Shown here piece by piece: positions 17,190 to 25,200 of a DNA stretch of 64,000 nt. A program made the position numbers and the translations under genes. The stretch's first letter is position 1; every line of letters begins with the position of its first letter. Source of the stretch: Candidatus Peribacteria bacterium RIFOXYB1_FULL_54_35 (GTDB lineage Bacteria > Patescibacteriota > Gracilibacteria > Peribacterales > Peribacteraceae). Location of the stretch: positions 76,946 through 140,945 of the forward strand of contig MFYJ01000007.1 in assembly GCA_001787755.1 (NCBI GenBank), written 5' to 3'. The notes beneath the pieces were generated by a model, which saw nothing but the letters and a program-made list of their open reading frames with translations, was not told the origin of the DNA and made no database searches.

Positions 17190-18974
17190 ATGGAGCATTC
17201 CGCTCTCCTCTCTCACAGGCTCCCGCGTTCCCCGTTCAAGTTTGCGTGGTTCGTCAGCCGTGTCCACGGAGGGTGGGCTACAGGAGCCATCATTGCCGTG
17301 CTCGTGGGCGAGTCCCTGGATCAGGTTCTCGTTGTGCTCCTGAAACTGGTGATCGATGCGGCAACGACGGCCGCGGAAATGGGTTTTCAGGACACGAGTG
17401 CCATGTGGCTCTTCGGGATACTCTTCCCTGTCACGTACCTGCTAAATGAGAACATGTGGCGGGTGAGCGGCTTCTGCGGCATGCGCTGGATTACGGGTGT
17501 GCGCGCCACTGTGCACAGGGTTCTTTTCTCCTACCTTACCGAGCACAGCAGTGCGTACTTCAACGAGCGTTTTGCAGGTGCACTCACGAATAAGATCAGC
17601 AATGCGTCACGGGGAACGGGTGATATTCTCTCCTCTTTCCTGTGGGAATTCCTCCCCCTGCTTGTGGGGTTTGCTCTGAGTTTTGTGATTGCTGCCGTTG
17701 CAGATTGGCGGCTGGGCGTTTTTCTCGGGGGATGGATTATTCTTTTTCTGCTCATCAATGTGTTTCTTGTTCTCCGGAAACACCCGTACTCCTATGCGGT
17801 TGCGGAGAGTGCCTCGATCCTGAAGGGCAAGATGGTCGACACCACTGCGAATATTTCTGCGGTGCACCAGAGCGGCACACACGAGTTCGAGCGTTCGTAC
17901 GTCGACAGCTACATAGAGGCCTTCCGCAGCGCTGATCTGAAAAACTGGTGGCTCTCGGAGTGGATTCTCTTCACCAATGGCGTGCTCATTGCATTCTTCA
18001 TCGCGGGCATGTTTCTGGTTGCACTGTTCCTCCTCAGCAGGGGTTTTATCACGATTGGTACTGTGGTGATGATTGTGACCATTGTGCTCAACATCGTCCG
18101 TGGGCTCTTCTTCATCGGGCACAAAATGACGGATTTCATGGATAACTACGGGCAGGTTCGTGAAGGGTTGCAGGAACTTCTCCTCCCGCACGATATTGTG
18201 GACGAGCCCGGAGCTTCACAGCTCTCGGTTGAGCGTGGGGAGGTGGAGTTCCGTGATGTGCACTTCAGCTACGGGCACAAGACTGTCTTTGATCATCTCT
18301 CCCTCACCATCCGTGCAGGGGAGAAGGTGGGACTCGTCGGGATAAGCGGTGCAGGAAAGACCACGCTTGTGAATATTCTCCTGCGACAGTACGAAATGGA
18401 TGAGGGTGGTGTCTCCATCGACGGACAGAATATCCGGCAGGTGACCCGTGAGAGTTTGCGCAAGGCGGTTGCCATGGTTCCGCAGGATGTTTCCCTGTTC
18501 CACAGAACCATTTGGGAAAACATCCGTTACGGGAGTCTGGAAGCGACGGATGAGGAGGTCGTTCATGCGGCGAAGCTCGCGCAGGCAAATGATTTCATCC
18601 TGGATCTGCCGGGTGCGTACGACACGTACGTCGGGGAGCGCGGCATCAAACTCTCCGGCGGACAGCGCCAGCGCATTGCCATTGCCCGTGCGTTTCTGAA
18701 GAATGCGCCTATTCTCGTACTGGATGAGGCCACGAGCTCTCTGGACAGCGAGAGCGAGGAGGCTATCCAGCATGCGCTTGCCGAGCTCATGCTCGGGAAG
18801 ACGGTGCTTGCCATTGCCCACCGGCTCTCCACGCTCCAGGCGATGGACCGTCTCATTGTGCTCGATGGGGGAAGGATTGTCGAAGACGGGTCCCACGCCG
18901 CACTACTGAAGCAAAACGGCATCTACGCGCGCTTGTGGCACGGGCAGGTGAGCGGGTTCATCCAGGAATCCTGA
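17190..18974 (+). CDS. ABC exporter, fused permease/ATPase (MsbA/MdlB-like)
   Basis: Six-helix N-terminal half. Walker A GISGAGKTT, signature LSGGQRQR, Walker B ILVLDEATS. Confidence 0.85.
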   Translation: MEHSALLSHRLPRSPFKFAWFVSRVHGGWATGAIIAVLVGESLDQVLVVLLKLVIDAATTAAEMGFQDTSAMWLFGILFPVTYLLNENMWRVSGFCGMRWITGVRATVHRVLFSYLTEHSSAYFNERFAGALTNKISNASRGTGDILSSFLWEFLPLLVGFALSFVIAAVADWRLGVFLGGWIILFLLINVFLVLRKHPYSYAVAESASILKGKMVDTTANISAVHQSGTHEFERSYVDSYIEAFRSADLKNWWLSEWILFTNGVLIAFFIAGMFLVALFLLSRGFITIGTVVMIVTIVLNIVRGLFFIGHKMTDFMDNYGQVREGLQELLLPHDIVDEPGASQLSVERGEVEFRDVHFSYGHKTVFDHLSLTIRAGEKVGLVGISGAGKTTLVNILLRQYEMDEGGVSIDGQNIRQVTRESLRKAVAMVPQDVSLFHRTIWENIRYGSLEATDEEVVHAAKLAQANDFILDLPGAYDTYVGERGIKLSGGQRQRIAIARAFLKNAPILVLDEATSSLDSESEEAIQHALAELMLGKTVLAIAHRLSTLQAMDRLIVLDGGRIVEDGSHAALLKQNGIYARLWHGQVSGFIQES

Positions 18975-19013
18975 AAACTGATCATTGCTTTAGTTTTTTG
19001 AAGATGATAAGTT

Positions 19014-19892
19014 TTGCCTGTGAGCGCTACCGACTACCTCACAGCACCGCAGGCAGCAGAATTCATTGGGGTATCCATCGTGACGCTGCGCCGGTGGGAC
19101 GAAGCAGGCATTCTTCCGAGTGAGAGAGAAGGGAAACAGAAGCACCGCCATTACAGCAGGGAGGATCTCGTAGCGTTCGTTGGCCGTGCAGCACTTCCTT
19201 CGTCACTCACAGGGGTGCACACGTTCGTGTTCGATTTTGACTCCACACTCTTCCCACTCGAGACACTCGAGGAGTTGCTGCGCATTGCGCTTGCGCATGA
19301 TCCCCTCCGCAGAGAGAAGTGTGCAGAAATAGAGGAAATCGGAAGGCAGGGAATGGAAGGGATCATTCCCATTGCGCAGTCCATAGCGCTGCGTCTTGCC
19401 TGCGCAAAAGTCCATCGCTCGCACATCGAGCAGTTCGTGCAGGAGGCGAAAACGCAGCTCTCCCCAAGAGTGCTGCAGTGCCTTGCCCTGCTCAGAGAGC
19501 GCAAGCAGAAGATCCTTGTTCTCTCGAATGGGTTTCGTGAGTGCATACTTCCGCTCACGACGCTGATGGGAATTGAACCGATCGATGTGTTCTGCGGCCG
19601 GTTCCTCTTCGCGGGCGATGGGACGGTACTGCGCCCATGCCGGTCACCGCTTCTCGGGTCCCATGGGAAAGCGAATACGGTTCGTCTTCTCCGGGATAAC
19701 GGGTTCGCTCCCGGAACGGTGTTCATGATTGGAGACGGCATGAGCGATTTTGATGTTGTTCAGCAGAGCGCAGCGGATCACTTCATCGGGTGCGGATTCT
19801 TCCGGAGGAGGGCTTCTGTGCAGGAACAGGCGCCTCATTTCTGTTCAACCATCGGTGCGTTGCAGTCTATGTTGCGCTCTCTCTTTCCTTAA
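19014..19892 (+). CDS. fusion of a MerR/excisionase-type HTH and a HAD-IB phosphoserine-phosphatase-like domain
   Basis: N-terminal YLTAPQAAEFIGVSIVTLRRWDEAGILP. HAD motif I FVFDFDSTL, motif II VLSNG and motif IV IGDGMSDFD. The start is TTG 19014 or GTG 19020. Confidence 0.65.
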   Translation: MPVSATDYLTAPQAAEFIGVSIVTLRRWDEAGILPSEREGKQKHRHYSREDLVAFVGRAALPSSLTGVHTFVFDFDSTLFPLETLEELLRIALAHDPLRREKCAEIEEIGRQGMEGIIPIAQSIALRLACAKVHRSHIEQFVQEAKTQLSPRVLQCLALLRERKQKILVLSNGFRECILPLTTLMGIEPIDVFCGRFLFAGDGTVLRPCRSPLLGSHGKANTVRLLRDNGFAPGTVFMIGDGMSDFDVVQQSAADHFIGCGFFRRRASVQEQAPHFCSTIGALQSMLRSLFP

Positions 19893-19897
19893 TTCCT

Positions 19898-21136
19898 ATG
19901 TCTGCTGCTACCTTCTCGCTCTCGAAGGAGAAGATCCGTTTCCTTCTTCTGGAAGGCATACACAACAGTGCTCTGGAGCGCCTGCGGGCCGACGGCTACA
20001 CCAATGTCGACTATGAGACTGGCAGCTACGATGAGGAGGAACTTTCTTCCCTCATTGGTGAGTACCACTTCCTCGGCATACGGTCGCGCGCTCTCGTGAC
20101 AGAAAAGGTGCTGAGGAAAGCAAAGAAGCTTGCTGCCATTGGCTGCTTCTGCATCGGGACGAACCAGGTGGATCTCAGGGCGGCCAAGAGGCTTGGTATT
20201 CCCGTGTTCAATGCGCCTCATTCCAACACACGGAGCGTGGCAGAGCTTGTCATCGGTGAACTCATCATGCTTATGCGCGGGATTCCGCAGAAAACGACTG
20301 CGGCACACAGGGGTGAGTGGATGAAGAGCCCGCGTGACAGCCGCGAAGTCCGCGGAAAAATTCTCGGCATTGTCGGGTACGGGCACATCGGATCGCAGGT
20401 TGGTGTGCTGGCGGAAGGCCTGGGATTGCGTGTGCAGTATTATGACATTGAGGATAAGCTCCCGTATGGGAATGCACAGCCCGTTGAGTCTCTCAAGGAT
20501 CTCCTTCGAACTTCCGATGTTGTCACACTGCATGTTCCTGGAACGGAACTCACGAAGGGCATGATCGGTCTGAAGCAACTGAAGGAGATGAAACAGGGGT
20601 CGTTCCTCATCAACACATCCCGCGGATCAGTGGTTGTCATCGATGCTCTGGTGGAAGCGCTGCAGAGCAAGCACCTGGGCGGTGCGTCCATCGATGTGTT
20701 TCCGCAGGAGCCGAAGAGCAATAGCGAAGAATTTGTATCCCCGCTCCGTGACCTTGAGAACGTTCTCCTCACGCCGCACATCGGGGGGAGCACCATGGAA
20801 GCGCAGGCGAATATCGGGAAAGAAGTGGCGGACAAGCTCATTCAGTACAGCAACAACGGTTCCACGCGCTTTGCGGTGAACTTCCCCGAAGTGAGCCTGC
20901 CGCCGCTCGCAGGGAACCACCGTTTCATGCACATCCATGAGAACAAACCGGGGATGATGAGCGCCATCAATGCTGTGTTCGCGGATCTCGGCATCAACGT
21001 CGCGGGGCAGTATTTGCAGATAGACGGGGAGATAGGGTATGTCATCACCGATTCGGAACCGCATCCATTGAGCAGGCAGGTCTCTGCGAAGTTGCGCAGC
21101 ATCCCAGGTACCATCAAATCTCGCTGTCTCTACTGA
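19898..21136 (+). CDS. serA: D-3-phosphoglycerate dehydrogenase (E. coli-type, with ACT domain)
   Basis: The N-terminus KEKIRFLLLEGIHNSALERLRADGYTNV parallels E. coli SerA. GIVGYGHIGSQVG Rossmann motif and a C-terminal ACT-like region. Confidence 0.9.
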   Translation: MSAATFSLSKEKIRFLLLEGIHNSALERLRADGYTNVDYETGSYDEEELSSLIGEYHFLGIRSRALVTEKVLRKAKKLAAIGCFCIGTNQVDLRAAKRLGIPVFNAPHSNTRSVAELVIGELIMLMRGIPQKTTAAHRGEWMKSPRDSREVRGKILGIVGYGHIGSQVGVLAEGLGLRVQYYDIEDKLPYGNAQPVESLKDLLRTSDVVTLHVPGTELTKGMIGLKQLKEMKQGSFLINTSRGSVVVIDALVEALQSKHLGGASIDVFPQEPKSNSEEFVSPLRDLENVLLTPHIGGSTMEAQANIGKEVADKLIQYSNNGSTRFAVNFPEVSLPPLAGNHRFMHIHENKPGMMSAINAVFADLGINVAGQYLQIDGEIGYVITDSEPHPLSRQVSAKLRSIPGTIKSRCLY

Positions 21137-21159
21137 TTCTCCTCTTCCCTCTCTTTCCC

Positions 21160-22266
21160 ATGTCCTTCCTCACATTCGGCGTCGGGCCTTCCAAACTCAG
21201 CGCGGAGACCGCACAGGATCTCCGGAATGCTGCGGATCTGCAGATTGCCGAAATCAGCCACCGGAGCCAGGCATTCGCCGAGATCTCCCGGCGGGCCCTC
21301 GGGGGGCTGCGCACCTTCCTCCGCATCCCGGACTCGTACCATATTCTCTACACGAGCTCCGCGAGCGAAGCGATGGAACTTACGATCCAGAGCACGGTAG
21401 AATTAGCCTCTTTCCATTTTGCGCAGGGAAAATGGTCCCAGTATTTTGCAGATATCGCAAAACACTTCCGCCGCCGGGTGCTCATAGATACGGTGGAATG
21501 GGGCCAGAAGAATGACTTTCGGAATACGTTTGTTCCCACTGAGGCCGATCTTATCACAATTTGCCACAGCGAGACGAGTACCGGAGTGGCCTGCGACCTC
21601 GCGGATATCCGTGCTGTACGCCACCGCTTTCCCTCCACATTTCTCGCTGTCGATGGGACCTCCATTATGGGGGCGGTGGCGGTAGATATCGCCCTCGCCG
21701 ACATCTGGCTCTTCTCCGTGCAGAAATGCTTCGGGCTCCCGGCGGGGTTAGGGGTGATGATCGTGCATGAGCGCGTCTTCGAACGTGCCGCGGATCTCAT
21801 CGCGAGGGGGGTGCACAATCCTGGTGTCTTCAACCTCCCCGCCATGTTCACGATGGTGCAGAAGGACTGCAACACCGTGGCGACGCCGAACGTGCTCGGC
21901 ATCTACCTTCTCGCTCAGCAGATGGAGCGGTGGAATGCGCAGTGCACTATGGAGTCGCGGGAGAGGGAGACAAGGGAGAAAGCAGAGCTGCTTGGCCGGG
22001 CGATCGAGAAATCCTCTTCTTTCCGTTTCCTCGTCCGTGCCCCGGAGGACCGGTCACCCACTGTCTGCTGTGTGCGGTCGGATCCACAGACCATTACCTC
22101 TCTCCATGCGCTCTGCCGCGCACAGGGGATCGAGCTGGGGAAAGGGTATGGGAAGCTGAAAGAGGAGACGGTGCGCATCGCAAATTTCCCTGCGATCACG
22201 TGCGGGGATATTCAGCGCCTCCTGCAAGTGCTGGAGCACGTGCGTTCACGTACTCCAGCAGCTTGA
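21160..22266 (+). CDS. serC: phosphoserine aminotransferase
   Basis: GPSKLS, ISHRSQAFAEI and FSVQKCFGLPAGLGVMIV (PLP lysine). Confidence 0.85.
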   Translation: MSFLTFGVGPSKLSAETAQDLRNAADLQIAEISHRSQAFAEISRRALGGLRTFLRIPDSYHILYTSSASEAMELTIQSTVELASFHFAQGKWSQYFADIAKHFRRRVLIDTVEWGQKNDFRNTFVPTEADLITICHSETSTGVACDLADIRAVRHRFPSTFLAVDGTSIMGAVAVDIALADIWLFSVQKCFGLPAGLGVMIVHERVFERAADLIARGVHNPGVFNLPAMFTMVQKDCNTVATPNVLGIYLLAQQMERWNAQCTMESRERETREKAELLGRAIEKSSSFRFLVRAPEDRSPTVCCVRSDPQTITSLHALCRAQGIELGKGYGKLKEETVRIANFPAITCGDIQRLLQVLEHVRSRTPAA

Positions 22267-22277
22267 GAGAAGAGAGA

Positions 22278-25200
22278 TTAGTGCTGCGACAGGTAGCGGA
22301 CCAGGTACAGCATCTCCTCGTAGATATCGAGCATTTCCTGGGAAGGCCGGGACTGCCTCTCTCCCCGCAGCCAAGCCTGATAGGCAAGATCTGCTGCATT
22401 GATTTCCTCTGTGGAAATCTGGTAATCCCTGTTGCTGTCGAGCGAGAGGTAGGTTTTCCAGATGTCGATTCCATTGCTTCCCGGTTTTGAGAGTTTCAGC
22501 ATGGCCTGCGTGATGGCGGCAATATCATTCTGGTTTGTCTTGCCGTCTTCCGTGATGTCCGTGAATGGGTGCGTTGTCTTGTTTCGTATGTCAGCAAATA
22601 CGTAGTGAGCATTGATCACCACACTACGCACGGTCATTACTCCGTCATAGCTGAAGTAATCCAGGACATTTTGTTCCTGGCATTGGAAGTCACAACTACC
22701 CGTTGTCTGCACTTCGTTCCGGCACTCTGCGCTGCAGCCGTCGCCGTTCGTGCGGTTCCTGTCATCGCACTCTTCCATATGGTCCCTGTTGGTGTTCCCG
22801 TCTCCGCAGCGCGGTCCTTCCTTGATGAGCCACATGCAGTTTCCTCCGCAGTACCGGCATTCCTGGCCGTATGCAGGAGTACATTCCCTTCCGTTCGCTG
22901 TTCCACTGTCGCATTGCTCACCTGCATTGATGACACCATTACCGCATGCGGGTGCCGATAGATGATTTGCCCCACCGCCGGACCCGGGAAGCACGCCTAT
23001 GGCATCGAAGTCGAGGGGTCCTTTTCCTGCAACGTAGAGCACAATGTTGCATGGCCAGTCGCAGGTGGTAGTGAAGAGTTCCTCCCATGCCAGGTTCCCT
23101 GTGGTATAGCTGCCGTTAGGGTTCCTGCTCAGATCCATGTTTGTTCTTGAATTCTTGGAGTACAGTTCGCCTCCTCCCTGGTTAGACTGGTGGAGGAAGA
23201 AGTTTGCAATGGCTCTGTGACGCGCAGGCCATGTTGCGTACACCTTGTACGTTCCTTCCATAAGATTGTTGAATGTGTACGTCGCGTTTCCCGACCTGAG
23301 GTCTGGAAGGCTGATGTAGTCTCCATTGAATCCCTTTCCAGTTTTTGTCTGCCAGTTGTTGATGGTGCTCTGGAACGTGGAGTCACCATCATCGACGACA
23401 ATGAGATCCCCCGTGTCTGGCCGGCCTTCGCCACCTCCTCCCGTTCGGCAGGCAGATCCCTGCACTGTCTGAGTGGTGCACTGGCTGGAGCAATAGGAAC
23501 ACGTCTGGCCACAGGCAGCCGTACACGCCTGCCCGTTCTGGCTCCCGTTGTCACACTGCTCTCCCTGGTCCGCTCTTCCATTCCCGCAGAGGTCCTGTGG
23601 CGACTGGCAGTCGCTTGTACAGGTGCCCCGGATGAGCTGTGCCGGGGGGCCCAGACATTCGGGCGGGGCGCTCGGGCCGCATCCGCCCGGATCGAAGAAG
23701 TCCGCCTCACCCTCCTCACAGATGCCGTTGCCGCATTCATTCCAGAAGCAGGAGCCATTCCGAACGGTGAGGATTGCCTGGCCGCACGTCCCTGTCTCAT
23801 GCTGCATGACGGGAGTGTAGGGAGGGCACTCGATGTTCCTCCCACCTGTGCCCTGCACCTGTACATCGTACGCTTCGTACCCGCGCGGGATTCCCGGGTG
23901 GAACTGGTAACTTGTCTTGGGGGTGCTCTGTGTAATGGAACCCCCACCAGCTGTGTTTTTGTGGTTGTACTTCAGCGAGAATGTTACTGGCTGGTCGGAT
24001 TGCAATCTGAACTGTGCAAACGGGTACATGCCTTGCGGTCCCGCGAGGGTTGTGACATCCACGTTGCTCATTCCTGCGATTTCAAAGGTCTGTTCCGGTG
24101 CATCAAACGGGCGGAGAACGAGTGCCTTGCTCTTGCCTGCATATCCTTGCTGCACCTGTGTCCCGTAGTATCCGTAACACCCCTTCTCCAGTATCCAGGC
24201 ATCTCCATCGGGATTTCCTTCCAGCGACAGGCGCCCGTTTGCGTCCGAATTCAGTTGGTTGTTGCGGTAGTCATGCACTCCTGGGACCGGAGCGGCATTC
24301 AGTGACCGGTCTACAAATGTGAAATTCAGAGTCATGGAAGAGGATTCCGTCGTGCACTGTGCGCTGCATCCGTCACCCGATGCCGTGCCTCCGTCGTCGC
24401 ACGTTTCTCCGTTCCCCGTATCCACTGTGCCGTCTCCGCAGTGCGGTCCCGTGACAGTCACCGTCGAACACTGGGAGGAACAGTACTCGCACGTTTGTCC
24501 GTAGCCTGCGGTACATGCCTGTCCGTTCTGGCTTCCGTTATCACACTGCTCGCCGTTCCCGGTGTCCGTCGTACTATCCCCGCAGCGCGGTCCCGTCACT
24601 GTAACGGTGGTACAGTCAGAGGCACAGTACTGGCATGACTGTCCGTACAAGGCGATACAAACTTGTCCGTTCTGGCTCCCGTTGTCGCATTCTTCTGTTC
24701 CTTCCCGGCCTCCGTTGCCGCAGACCGGCCCCCCAGTCCCGCCTCCACCAACGCACTGGCCGACATTCAGGATGATGCGCACGGCGTCTTCGCTCTCCGC
24801 CATCGCCTGGGCGAGATCTATGCGTCCATCACCGTCGAAATCCGCTGTCACCATGCTTCTCCCTGTTGTCTGCATTGGAAGAGTGACAGTGTCTGCGAAG
24901 GTTCCGTTGCCGTTTCCTCTGCGGAAGTTGTAGTTCGCCGATACATAGACGCATCCGATGAGATCGCGTACGCCGTCTCCTGTGAAGTCCGCGAGTGCAC
25001 CGTCTCTTCCCAGATTCTCTGAGTGCACAGTCTTCGTGAATGCCCCATGCGTATCATTCATCCAGACGTAGAACCCGCCGCCGTTTGGCAGCTGCACGAA
25101 ATCCACGAAGCTGTCTCCATTCACATCACCCGTGAGCAGGTCGTTTGTGTAGGGGTTCATAGGTGTGTGGCTGTAGCTCGTGGGTGCCCCAAATACTCCC

